A model generated the notes under the pieces. That model was not told the origin of the DNA. It saw only the letters and a list, made by a program, of their open reading frames with translations, and did no database searches. The position numbers and the translations under genes were made by a program. This document shows, piece after piece, positions 14,045-26,630 of a stretch of 64,000 nucleotides of DNA; positions within the stretch are counted from its first letter, which is position 1, and every line of letters starts with the position of its first letter. Source of the DNA: Dicyema japonicum (taxonomy: Eukaryota; Animalia; Dicyemida); assembly GCA_011109175.1 (NCBI GenBank), contig RDEW01000027.1:268515-332514 (forward strand), read 5' to 3'.

Positions 14045-14329
14045 AACAAAAAATCTAGAATTTATGTTAATTAATTCAATTACTTTTATTAAATTTCTTT
14101 TATTTTAAATAAAATTTAATATATAAAATAATTAACCTGACAGCTTTGGCTATCAAAAATCACTTGGATCAGATCTGATAGTTCAACTGAATGTAAATGA
14201 ATCAAGAGTAAGATACTTGAACTTGGAACCTTTTTGAAGAGACGCCGCATCGACATAGTATACTTCAAGAATCTAAACTTTCCACCAGCAGTACAACACC
14301 AAGGTTCTCTGGATTCACAGTCATTTGCC

Positions 14330-16330
14330 ATGACAGAGGTGGGAAACTTGGTAGAGGCTTTCTTACTGTCATTTGTAACGGAATTACGGGGATATCACTG
14401 AATGTCTTCACTATGCTCCATGACTGTGGAAACTCTAACTTGTGATAACAAAAATTCGATTCCCCGGACTTTCTCTAACATTTGTTAACGCATATCGTCC
14501 ACCTTTAAGTTCCTGCTCCTCTCGTGCTCCCAGATTGTCCCACCTCACTAAAGAATTTGATTATCTAGGTGACTGCAATGCGAAGCATCCATGATGGCTG
14601 GTATGGCAGGTCTGTGACAAAAGGGGGAAGATATTAATTGAGGACCTTCACAGTATCTGCATACTCAATAATCGGCTTTCCATACAAGAAAACCAACTCA
14701 ACGTAACGATAAACCCTCATTCATGACATCTCACTGTCATCTCCATCCCTGGCCCCTCTTATTGACTTGATCGTGACACCATCATGGATGGGAAAACTGT
14801 CCGACGATAATTAATTACAACCTTGCGAACTGGAAAATATTCAACATTACGTACAAATGATGTTGGTGACATCCTCAGCTGAATGGTTCAACACGATTGT
14901 CCGTAAAGCAAGAAAGTTATTCATCCCAATGTTTCGACGTCTTTCTTCATCAAAAAGTTATGGTACGCGGACAAAGCTCCTGATCAAAGAACGGAACTTC
15001 TTGAAGAAGAATCCTCTCAAAAATGAAGACATTATCAGAATGTATGCACTAAACAGAGAAATAGACAAACAAATCAAAAACACGAGCACAAAACGTTGGA
15101 CGAAGCTATCCCAAGATCTCTCTGTAGACCAAATCTGTTAGAAGAGTCTGCAATACAATCAAATCCATCGAAACCCCACTGCACGACATCTTGAAGAAAT
15201 CCACGTTATTCCCAACATTTTTATTAACGATTATTCCTCAGTCTTGCACAAGGATTTTTAAAGACCACAAACCTCCAGATCGTATTAGGATCGTATTCTC
15301 CGGAACTGATGTCTAAATATCTATGACGTGGAACCCCAGAGCCAGAGGACTGGATTCCATCTCGACTATGGAAGTGAGGCATCTGGGTCCTCTAGCGATA
15401 GAGATCTCGTGGAAACCGCAGAGGAACCTTCATCATATAGACCAATTTCAAGAATTCTCGAAAGTATGGTCCTCGATTGTATTCGAGATGGCATTCAACG
15501 TCTGAGCTAACCATTCAACTTTTACACACTAGACGACGTTCTCCCAATTTATTTCAGAATTCAATACGCAGAAATCACATGTAGGGTTGTTCTTGTTTTT
15601 CTGGACATTACCAGAGACATTTGATTCAGTCTCAAGAAAGTCTCTAACGAAAAAGATATTTGAAACGGATACCCACTCTAACCTGAAAAGATGGCTCTCT
15701 AACTTTCTGAGCGGAAGGCGTGGGTAGGTAATCTGCAACAAAGTTAAATTGAGGACACGATTTCTTTCAAATTGGTGCCCCAAGGATCACTACTATCACC
15801 AACACTGTTCAATTTGTATATACACGACACTCCACAACCAACGGACGAAAACTGTCTCCTCTTTCATATACGGACAACATAGTCATTTTTGCAACGACAT
15901 GGACTACGGAGTTGCCGCTCAAATGGTTCAATGAACGCTCAATTCCTTAGCCCAATTGTTAGAAGGAGTACGTCTGGAGGTGTCATCTACAAAATAATTT
16001 GTGACCCTCTTTACATCTTGCAGACAACATTACACTAGGAGGCCTAAGACCACGATGTGCCAATCTTTTTTATGGCCACACCAACCATCCTGGGAGTGAC
16101 GTTTGACTAAGGACTTTGAGACCTGAAGATGATCTCAAAACCTTTCGGAAAAAACTCTGGGGCCCTTTCCGCTGTCTGTCGTCAATTTGTACAACCGGTT
16201 TTGACCTACGCAAGTGAGTCCTAGACAACTGTGTCCATTTCAATGAAACCTCCCCTATGTCGGTCTAGGGTCACTTAGTTAGTTGGGAACTTTTTCTTTT
16301 GACCCGGTGATCCGGGGGGTAATAATAATC
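14330..16330 (+). mobile_element. Decayed Jockey/I-like LINE (EN+RT) with conserved 3' UTR and (TAA)n tail
   Basis: GDCNAKHPxW, SSYRPIS, GAPRITTITNT (degenerate PQGS region); ends gtcggtctagggtcacttagttag...ggtaataataat. Confidence 0.75.
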
Positions 16331-16359
16331 TAAAATTACTTAACTAACCTACTATTTGT

Positions 16360-17500
16360 TGTTTTTTGAACTATCAGTAAATTCACTTTATGTCTGTTCC
16401 TTCTCTTCCCCTTCCTACTAGAGTGGCGTCATGTGTCCATTTTTCTCAGGTGGCGCCTAGTGGCAGGCTGGCTCCCCCACTCCACTGGAGAAGTTTACAC
16501 GACTACAAGGAATGGACGTTTTTTGTACCTTTTATGCTGGTTCAGGATGTTATGTGAACAAATCAATAATCAGAATAGCTGAGTAGGTGAAGCAACAGAT
16601 TGGTCCTGGATTATCTGAAATGACTTGGCTGTAAGAAATAAGTTGTTTTGTCAACTTTTGATCAACGATAATCATTAGCCTTAAAAGTCAATAAGCTCTT
16701 GACGTCAATGTATCGTCATTCATTTACAATCCCACCTCAAGGAATGAATGACCTGTAGCTACAGAAAACCTTGGAAACTCTAAGTTACCTTTTCATAAAC
16801 CTTGGATGTTTTAGGTTGTGAAGATGCCCAACTTAGTTGAATTAATATTCTTGAATTTTTAAGATGTAGTGTCTCCAGATATTGGAAACCCATGAGTGAA
16901 TGGCTTTTATCAGAAAACCCACGTACAGAAATTTTGAGATACAGTGAAGACGTCATAACTTATAACATCTCTAAATCCTATGTTATCTGAGAAACAGTTG
17001 AAGACATACATGGACCAGATCGAAAAGTCAGGTCGGTAAGGGTAACTGGGAGCAGAATGCTGGCTAACCTAAGTAACTGGGAGAATACCTCGGAAGAAGA
17101 CTATGAAATACTTTGGTTTCCTTATTGGTGATTTATGGAACATGCGAAAACACGAAAAAGCCACAAGCGTTCTTAAAGCTCGAGCCGGAGACATTTGTTT
17201 ATGTTTTTGAGTTAATAATACTTCCTGGGATGTTATTCAGTCTTGAGGGATGTTACGGCTAAAAAAGAAGGGCTTTACTTTCAAGAAATTTAAGAAAAAG
17301 CGGAATTTTGTTTCGAAGCTTCTTACGAGACAAATCCTCATAAGCCGATTCTCAATGGTTAGGCTGAAAATCAGTAAGGTTGGCGGACTATCGAAAATCT
17401 TATTCGTTGTTTCAAAAGCCGCACAAAAAGTATCTGGGACTTATCCTCAAAAATTACCGTGTATTTTGTCAATTTCTTTGAGAAATTTTCTGTGTAGAAG
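16360..17500 (+). mobile_element. LINE 5' UTR/ORF1-like remnant (family with pyrimidine tract-TAG-GGCGTCATG)
   Basis: Leader homologous to 50500-50620, 51300-51410 and the minus strand at 47180-47290. Confidence 0.45.
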
Positions 17501-17560
17501 TCGGTTTACAAACTCTACCGTTTCGTATTACTTCGACTCAATTACTAGTGTTTACTGGTT

Positions 17561-17770
17561 TTACGAGTGACACCGTCATCAGTTATAATCTCACTGCGGA
17601 ACAAAAAACGACTCACACGCAACAAAAAGACAAAAGAATTATGAGTATTTCAGGTTCTACGATTAATTGACTGTTCTTTTATAAATAAGGTGTGTTTCCT
17701 GTTGGGAGGAGCTATGGCTAATTTGGCTCTTCATAAAGTGCAGTATTATTAGTTTAATAATAACTCATAT
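17561..17770 (+). mobile_element. SINE copy C (5'-truncated)
   Basis: acgagtgacaccgtcatcagt..cactgcggaac plus aaataaggtgtgtttcctg tail. Confidence 0.75.
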
Positions 17771-18339
17771 ATGGAAACCAGAATGGCAGCAGAAAAAATG
17801 ACAGTTCTGAAGATCACCTCAAAAAGTTATCGGAGACAGTGGTGGGTGCCTTTCCACCGTCTACCGCCAGTTTATCCATTTAATGCTGATATACACAAGT
17901 GCGTTGTGGTCAATTGCATCTCCCATTTTTCCTGCACAAATAATCCACCACTCAGGAAACCGCTTACTGTAAACTAATTTCTAGTCTATGCCTCTGAAAC
18001 ATTTCTATTTAAACGACAAAAAGTTCTTAAGGTTAGCCTCTCAGATACCTTAAAACCTCCCCAAAACGTAAACTGGCATGTTCATCCTTGCGGGATTGGG
18101 CCTCTTTTTGGTCTGTCCGGGATTACTTTCTTAGATAAAGATTTTTTTCTCTTACAATTATTTTACTCATTGTGAAAGCAAAACTAAATATCTGGTCCTT
18201 CAGACATCAACAATCCAGCTGAATTCTTTTAATGTGATATAATAGGAGGAGGTTAGGTATCCCTAGTACAATATTTATCATTATTAGCACTTTCACGAAA
18301 GCCATAATATTTATAGCCCCGCAAAAATATGAGAATTGC

Positions 18340-18660
18340 AGCAAAAAATATAAGAGAATTAGTTGCTCCAAGCTCTTCTGTTCGTAGCTAGGTCCCTCAG
18401 TGTGTCCAGATCGTTACCAGATGGCAATGTTTTTTTCACGGCTTTCAGAGCGTTTTACATTGGAGGAGGAGTAATCTTCCATTGCGATATTCGGGGGGAT
18501 ATCGGGTCCAACCTCGGACGTGTCCAAAAAGTCCTCAACAAGAGCTAATGATCTCGAGACTTAATGGTGTACAGTCACACATATTGTACAGTCTTTTCCG
18601 CGAGATCTTGGATGGCCAGGACATTCCAGTTATGTTTCTTAGATGATTCCTAGGAAAATT
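18340..18660 (-). mobile_element. RTE C-terminal fragment
   Basis: ITGMSWPSKISRKRLYNMCDCTPLSLEI. Confidence 0.6.
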
Positions 18661-19398
18661 ATTCTGAGTCACAATTTTTATATCAACAGAAAATAAATAA
18701 AGTTTTAATTTTTTTGGTATTTAAATACAAATTTGTTAATAATAAAAGTAAAAACGAGACAATCAAAATAATCCAGCTGATATATTGGAATGGCTGTTCC
18801 CATTAACAACTATCAGAGAAATCCTTTGGAATAACCATTCGGTTCCTCGACGCTCGTTTTTGACTTTAGAAATCATTGACCCAAGTTTTAAATTTTAAGG
18901 AAAAATTTATCTGAATTACCCCCACTCTAGCTAAGACTTCAGTCAGTCTCGAGTACTTTATGTAGAACTGAGTAACGATGCCATCCCATGTCATCTCAGA
19001 CGAGAATAACATTGACTTTAAATCGATGCGGTAGTCCCAATTTTTTTAACGAGAAGAACGTACTTTTGTTTCTTTTCCACCTCCATGTTGATAATTAACC
19101 AACTAGTTAATAGAAGGTTGAGGCGGTTACATATCTCGTTTTACAATGGACGAAAGTTCATGTCTTTTTTCTCCTTGTGAGCATGGAAGAAGTTATTGAC
19201 TCCGAACAGTTGAAGTGCCCAAAAAGATCCTCCGTCAGAATAGGGACGTATAAGATGGTAGCTTCCAGATTTCTTAATAGGTCAGCATAGTCTGTGGTGA
19301 GGTAATAAAGCATGAGATTAAAATTATGCGCAAGTAAGGCAAATTATTTGAATCAATGAATGCTAATATTATTAGTGAGATTAAAATCTTCTTATCGA

Positions 19399-19951
19399 TT
19401 AGTTTCCCGATAACATAGCAACAAATTCTATATGTAATATGGGGTAATACCCTCAAAGTCGACAGTACCGTCCCCGTCAATATCTACCTCCTTAATCATA
19501 TCGTTGACTTCTTCTTCAGTCATTTTTTCTCCCAAATTAGTGAGGACATTTCTTAGTTCGTCTGCATTTATTTTACCGTCTCCGTCCTTGTCAAACACTT
19601 TAAAAGCTTCCCGGATATCTTCTTCATAGTCTACTGTCAAAATTTTCTTAGACATTAGTTCCAAAAATTCTGGAAAATCAATCAGTCCGTTTCCTATTTT
19701 CTCATACTTAGATTACACCATCCAAATCATAGTCGTTGATTGTAGCTTGAATTTCAGCTTCTGTTGGGTTTTGTCCTAAGGACCTCATTACCGTCCCCAA
19801 TTCTTTAGTCGAGATAGTACCGTCTCCGTCTTTATCGAACAAGGAAAATGCTTCTTTAAATTCTAAATTTTATAAATTAATATCTCAACCTAATATTTGT
19901 TCCTCCGTTAACCTGTTTGTCTAAAATAGTTTTAATTTCCTAACATACCAT
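19399..19951 (-). CDS. CaM: Calmodulin (or close calmodulin-like), 5 exons
   Basis: M|[10 protein letters not shown]|[37 protein letters not shown]...; four introns of 28, 27, 25 and 23 nt at conserved animal positions. Confidence 0.95.
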
Positions 19952-21087
19952 TTCTGATTAAGAAACTTTTGATATTAATATTAGTTGGATAAGGTTTGCC
20001 AAATTAAATTTTATATAATAAAATTAATATTTAAAATATTAAATTTAATTTTTAATATAATTATTATTTAAAAAATATTTTTAAAATGATTCTCGATATG
20101 CACGTTTTTTAACAAATAAAATAATAATTCATCGTATTTTTTTAAATTTTTGCAGGATAAAGTAACTTTTTTTTATTGAACTTTAGAATGTAATAAATAT
20201 AATCAATTTATTATGAAAAGAATTATTGCCATCAATAAAAACATCAAAACAGTCACCATGGCAGGATTTTCACGCGTAAAGTATAATGATGAAGCCAGAT
20301 ATTAATTATATAGACATTAACGATACTTATTTTTTATTTACACATCTGCTCAAACGACTACGAAAATTTCTAATGACTGCCAACCTTCAAACAACCTTCT
20401 ATATAAAATCCTCAAGATACCATATAAACCCCCAAAATATAAGCTGACAATTTGCCAATAAGAAGAGTAGTACAGAATGACCAATATGTCAATGAGAAGA
20501 GTAGTACAGAATATCTGGTATCGACCTCTTCTTTTTCTGGGATCACTAAATGAGAACAAACTTTTTCTTTTAGTCCAGTGAACCTGGAAAATAAAACAAA
20601 TATTTTTATACGTTGTTGAATTTAAAAGTATTGATTTTTCTTAAAACAATTTCCAATGTTTTATTGAACAAAGCAAGATTAGTGATCACAAAGGATCAGT
20701 TCCTAAGTTAGATCGAAAATCATTATTTTAAAATCGATAAAACGATATTTTTGAGATAAAATCGAAGTAAGTATTGTTCCTCAATTGAAAAAGAAGTCAA
20801 AAAGAAATAAAAATATTTGGATGAGCAGTCTTAAAAAACCGCAATAGTTTCATGCTGAGAGCAAAATAACTGCTACTATTATTTATTCTTGAAATATAGC
20901 ATTGACTTGTGCTTTGGTTAACGTTAGACGAGACATTCTAAGCAAAAGAAAGTCTTATTCGTTTTCCACTTGAAAAAGTGGAGTTAGTAAAGAGAAGTGG
21001 TTCAATAAAATCACTGATACTTCTAGAGGATTCTCCAAAACGGCTCAATTTGTAAATTTGAAAATAAATTTTATTATTTGTTAAAAT

Positions 21088-22703
21088 TCAAATTTCTGTA
21101 ATTTTTTTCAATTGATTAACCGTCACTTTTTTGATGGTACAGTCTGATCCCGAACTTTTATTAGACGTTGAACTAATTCTTCTTTGTAATTGAAGAATAT
21201 AATATTCACTCGACATTTTGTGGTTGTTCTTTGATAAGTAAGGATCGCTCCCGCCGCATTTTATTAACAAAAGAGATCCATCACGTTTCTTTAAGTGTCT
21301 TTTGAATACCATTCCGTCATTCGAATTTATTTTCTTGATAATTATCAAAGAACGACTTTGCTTGGTTTTATTTTGTTTTCCAGTTTTTAAAGATGTGCTT
21401 TCCACGTTGTATTTTTCAGTTTTGGCATCTGATTTGTCTAAATCTGGATTCTTAAACTGATTGCAGTTCAAAGAAGATAGTGAACTATGTGGAGATCCTG
21501 AATATAATTGCGAGCTTGATGCTAAACTGAATTTGGCGGATTTTTTCTTATTAAATTTCGACGAATAAAAGGTTGAATCCTGAGATAATAGGCTAGACCG
21601 GTCACTTGGGCTGTCATTAGATGACTAAAGCGTGAAATTTAAAATTACATAATTTGATTTTGCGTTCTTAATGTGCTCTTTGTAAAGCATCCAAGGAATG
21701 TCTTCTATTGGAAAGATCGAGTCGCAGTTCTCTATGAGATATTCTATGCAATCAATCATCTACCGGTAAAATTGTCATTTACGGTTTTTAATTTTAACGT
21801 GTTTTTTGATAAAAACAGTGAGGGGGTAATACAAACTGATAGAGATCCGGATGACATAAAGTTCTCATCCTCGTGTAACAAAATCTTCTGAAGGAGACAC
21901 AAAATGTATCGAAGCATGTGATAGTTCTCCTCTGTGAGTTTTCCGATAGCTCTATAAGAAATATTTGCGGTATATTAAAATGTGCATAAATTAATGAAAA
22001 GAAGCCGCAAATTATTCAAATAGACTGTTTTACTTTGTAAATAAACTGTTTTTTAATTTTATGTTTTCTCTGATTTTGTTGGCTTTATTCCAATATCTAA
22101 AATGTTTCTCATTTATGAAAGATTCGGGAAGAAGTCGAAAATATCTCTAAAATAAATATTGTGTTTAACTTTGAAAACTGTCGCGACTGATAAAATGTCG
22201 AATTCAGAACAATTGATGCTTTTATTCCCGCAGTTATCCAAAATAGACTGTAATTTGTCAATCTCGGTATTAGGTCCGTGTGCACGGAAAATGTAAACTC
22301 GGTGAAATCCTCTTTTGCACAATTCGAACCATAAGGACTAGGTTGCAAATAAAATTGTACAAATAAAGGCTTAGGGATCTCGATGGTCTTGCCATTCAGA
22401 GACAAGTAGGAAAGCGGCTTAAAATTATTCAAAATTCGAACATCACTACATTTGTATGAATTGTGGAATTCTGTCTGTGAAGATCCTCTCCAACGATATT
22501 GTGTCAAAACACTCGAAAAAGAAATTCTTTTACTTTTCATGTCGGACAAAATATTATCTACAAAATAAAATTTAAATACAACTGGATTCAGCATGAGAAG
22601 AGTTTGACCTATCGGAAAAGTATTTACTCCGCCTTTCATCGTCCAAGTCTGCTTTATTTTTATTCAGAAATTCATTGAAATGTTTTTTAATTGTTTTCTT
22701 CAT
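21088..22703 (-). CDS. Uncharacterised multi-exon protein (weak resemblance to CABIT/GAREM-type domain)
   Basis: Long ORF pieces, micro-intron signals and an AT promoter upstream; GKTIEIPKPLFVQFYL is only reminiscent of CABIT; model incomplete. Confidence 0.35.
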
Positions 22704-23399
22704 CGTAAATAAGGAAGAATATATTAAATTAATTTAAATAGTGTGGTTTTTATATTTTTTTATTTATATTTTAATTTAAATAATATTTAATAAATTATTT
22801 TTTTTAATAATAATGTTTATAATAAATTATCAGAATTGTCTCGCGTGGTATATTCGACGTTAATAGAAGGATGATCAGAAAATAACTAGGAAATGAATTT
22901 TAGGAGTCTCTAAAAATATAAAAGTTGACTATAATTAGGATTATTGATTAACTGTATAATAAATTGATTTGTGCTTGTTTCTGCTCTCAAAATTGTGGCA
23001 GTAGTCATATTGCAGACTAAAATAGAATCATAGTACAGTAGATTCTCAAAGTAGGAAATGTCCATAGTCATCTATAATTACCAACAAATAACTCATCGCA
23101 AATGCGGTTAAATTAAGGAAAATCAATTATATTCGATTATTTGCAATCATCGTTACCCAGAGATTCTGACTATCATGAGAACTATAATTTAAAGTGCACC
23201 TTTAATAATAATCAAATCTAACGATTTTAGCAGAATAAAGGCAAATCTTTGGTGGTATTATTATTGAAAACAATGTGATGTTGAGAGATCAAAAAACTGT
23301 CGTTATGCACTCTTGTTCCCCATAAACCGACTTTTTCCATAGAGATGGCGGGTTCGGTGAATTTGCCGAATTTTTTTTAAGAGTGGATGCATATAAACC

Positions 23400-24760
23400 A
23401 ACACGGGTCGACAGGCTTTTTGGTTTCGCAGGCCAAAATTTTATTTTTTTATGAGACGCGGGCCAAACGAGAAAAATTATTAAATTTTCAAAAAAGTGAA
23501 TTTATTTTTTTGATAAAGGATTAATGTCTACATTATTCTCACTAGTTGCTAAAAGTAAAATATCGTTAATATGCGAATCAGTCATCCTCGTTCTTAGACA
23601 ATTTTTTTACATTATTTATTTTGGAGAATAAATGTTCACATAAAAATGTGATTCAAAATATAGAATTTCAAGTAATTCCATTTGATAAGAACCTGGTACT
23701 GTCTCAATTTCAACATCAAAAAGGATTGAAAAAATGTTGAAAGATTTAAATAAACCTAAAAAATATATAAACATTCTTAAATCCATAAAACGTGAAAATT
23801 TTAATCTCAATTTAAAATTATGTTTGTATATTCAAGAAAATCGGTAGGATTTGTAGAAAGAAAATAATCAAAATGCGTCATATTTCCTTTCTGTAACTGT
23901 AATTCACACAACTTCAATTTCTTTTCAAAAGCAGTGACTTGGGCATACATTTGGTGTATAAATTGACTACCTCCCTGAGTTTCAAATTTTGGTCATTTAG
24001 AAGTTATATCCACGAAAAATGCCAATTTGGAAATGTTAACAGTATTTTGGAAATATGGAGCATCATAATTTTTTTCCTCAAAAAAAAGTATAACATCATC
24101 CAGTATATGAAATAGTCTCTTGAGCATTGACCCTCTGCTAAGCTATCTGACATTACAAAAATATAAGAGATCTGAACTTCCAATGATTTAAGCCACGAGA
24201 TAAAATAAAATTAAATGCATTAACAACAGCATCCATTCCCTCGCGTAATTTGACTGATTTGACAACTAACGTTTCTTGATGAATAATACAGTATTCTTGG
24301 TCAAATTGTGCTGAATACAAAAATTTTCCATTTCTTTTTGAAGTAATGTAATAATTCCCTTTTTGTTCCCAACATAGAAGGACCCCATCTGTCGTAATTC
24401 CAACAAATTTTGAAACTGGGAGATTTGATTCTGTTAAAAATTGCATTAAATGCCCGAAACGTCGGTTCCTGTCACTGTACCATCATTGGAATGACTCTGA
24501 CAAATTCTTCAAAAATTTGGAATGTTTCAGTTATCCCTCTTAAAAATACGGCAAGCTGATAAGTATCTCTTCTGTCAGTAATAGTATCCAATGCGATTGA
24601 AAAATATTCAAAATTCCCAAAAATGTTGCTTAAAGAGAAATTTAAATCTATGGACATTTCTTCTACTCTTATAGTGTCTTTCTTGGTAGATTCAAAAATA
24701 TTTTTTGGTGGGAAATATATTTTTTGCTACTGCAATTAGGAATTTTTGATTAGTTCGCTG
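23400..24760 (-). mobile_element. hAT (SPIN/Charlie/GTF2IRD2-like) transposase pseudogene
   Basis: FSIALD..DTYQLAVFLRG, GITTDG, CIIHQE, LSRGSMLKR; cgcgggcc subterminal motifs at 23427-23465; frameshifted. Confidence 0.85.
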
Positions 24761-24762
24761 GC

Positions 24763-25228
24763 CCTAGCTCATTCAGAGAACCTGTCGCGAGCTTCGCTCG
24801 GTCCGGTGAGTTTGATAATGTTTTGTGTGTTTGATAATGCTGGATGTGGTTTTGTGTGTTTGATAATGTTTTGTGTTTGATAATGTTCTTTTCTTTCTTT
24901 AATAAAAAAATCAAATTAAAAAAAATGTTTTGTGTTTGATAATGTTTGGTGACTTAATTATCTCCTAATAAAGAATTAATGTGCTTAATAGCCTAATATA
25001 GATTCTAACGTAATATACGTAATAAGTGCTTAAATGAGATATCAAATATTAACCATTTGTGTTTCATTTGTAACCAAGGAACCAATTGACTCCCAACATT
25101 GTGAAGATTCACTCACATTTTCGGAAATGTTCTCATTTGTTCAAAACTTTTAATTTAAAATCCGCCCATTTTTCCGCGAGTTATCGTGTCACATATATAC
25201 ATGCAACATTGAGCTTTAATTAGTAGAT
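24763..25228 (+). mobile_element. Non-autonomous Helitron/HINE-like element with internal minisatellite
   Basis: 5' ctag...cgcgagcttcgctcgg palindrome, (tttgataatgttttgtgtg)n at 24810-24950, 3' end tttaattagtagat. Confidence 0.5.
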
Positions 25229-25329
25229 TTTTATTTATTTATTTAGATAGATATAAATTAGCTAAGAGAATAATTAATTTTGCTGGTACTTTTAATTTTT
25301 TAATTTTTATTTATTTAAAACACAAACAG

Positions 25330-25430
25330 TTAACTGCTACTAGCTGGCCTTAGAGTTGAGAACGCATTTCTCTTGACGATCAGTAAAGAAATGCGCTCAA
25401 TGAGTCAGCTATTTTTTAAAAGCTTTTTCA
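25330..25430 (-). mobile_element. CRE-like 3' end fragment
   Basis: IERISLLIVKRNAFS. Confidence 0.6.
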
Positions 25431-25628
25431 CGAGAGCCATATTATTTACAGCTCCGCATAGGCAGGACACACACTTTATTTAAGTAAAAAACAGTTAATT
25501 TTAACTAATCGTAGAACCAAGGAATGAGCTTCACTTCTTTTTCTTTTTCTTGTGTGTGGGTCCTTTCTAGACAATCCAGTTCCGCAGTGAGTATCCACTG
25601 ATGACGGCGTCACTCGTCAAGCCTCAGC
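25430..25628 (-). mobile_element. SINE copy D
   Basis: Reverse complement of the core (gttccgcagtgagtatccactgatgacggcgtcactcgtcaa) and tail (caggacacacactttattt). Confidence 0.8.
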
Positions 25629-26286
25629 TATTAAAAAGGCAATTGATTTAGACAATAGATTATGGTTTTCTAAGTTTCTCTATTTTTTGGAATATTTTTG
25701 AGGATATTAACGACGAAAAATAAAGTAACTTTAATGATCACTAAAATAAGTATCTGAGAAAGATTGACCAACTAAATAAGTGATTTTTGCTCAAACAAAC
25801 GTCTGTACTTTTCTTACATGCTCTTAAAGATATCACAGAGTTCCTTGGAAATGTCAATAATAAAAAATGTCTTTGGAAATTCAAAATTTCATATTTATTT
25901 AGGACCCCTGGGGCATCAAGAAAAAATACAAAATATAGTCAAACGCTTATATCATCTTTTCTCAATTTGGTCCATTTTAAATTCAAAAAATAAAATTATA
26001 TTTCATGTTCAGCCCTTTGTTGTCGAGACGAGTTGAGTTCTCTGGTAGTTGTCAGGGGAAACAGACATTCCATCCTATCAGTTGGATAATTTTGATTGTC
26101 TTGTTTCGTAATAAATTGTTTTTTTCTTTAAAAAAATATATTTATAAAAATTTGATTATTAATCTTTGCAAAAGATATTTTATTTTAGCGTGTTATCCGG
26201 TTCCCATTCAAAATGGCCTCTTTCAAAATGGCCTCCGAAAATTTTTTCAGGTTTTGGATAAGTTCATCAATAAACATCACGAGATA

Positions 26287-26541
26287 TTTTACCAAGGTCC
26301 TCGACATCTTTAGGTAAAAAAGTCATCTATTTAAATCTTATAAAAATTGATTTTAAGGGGTCCTATGGGTAAGTGGAACATTTTACCAAGGTCCTCGACA
26401 TCTTTAGGTAAAAAAGTCATCTTTTTTAAATCTTTATAAAAATTGATTTTAAGGGGTCCTATGGGTAAGTGGAACATTTTACCAAGGTCCTCGACATCTT
26501 TAGGTAAAAAAGTCATCTTTTATAAATCTTATAAAAATTGA
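26287..26541. repeat. Tandem minisatellite, ~95-bp unit x2.7
   Basis: ttttaccaaggtcctcgacatctttaggtaaaaaagtcatc at 26287, 26381 and 26477. Confidence 0.9.
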
Positions 26542-26630
26542 ATATTACAAAAATCATTACTGGCCAAATCACACCACCACAGCCTTAGAAGTCAATTGTT
26601 ACCCCAACTGCGTAGGGGATTGGTCAGGTA

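Noticed and set aside
25570-25630. CTGATGA in the antisense SINE core suggesting a hammerhead ribozyme
   Set aside because: No GAAA after stem II in any copy, and the CTG and GA bases are used in the conserved hairpin stems
26331-26516. ORF with duplicated peptide MTFLPKDVEDLGK
   Set aside because: Translation of a non-coding minisatellite; not a CRISPR array either (no unique spacers, eukaryotic context)
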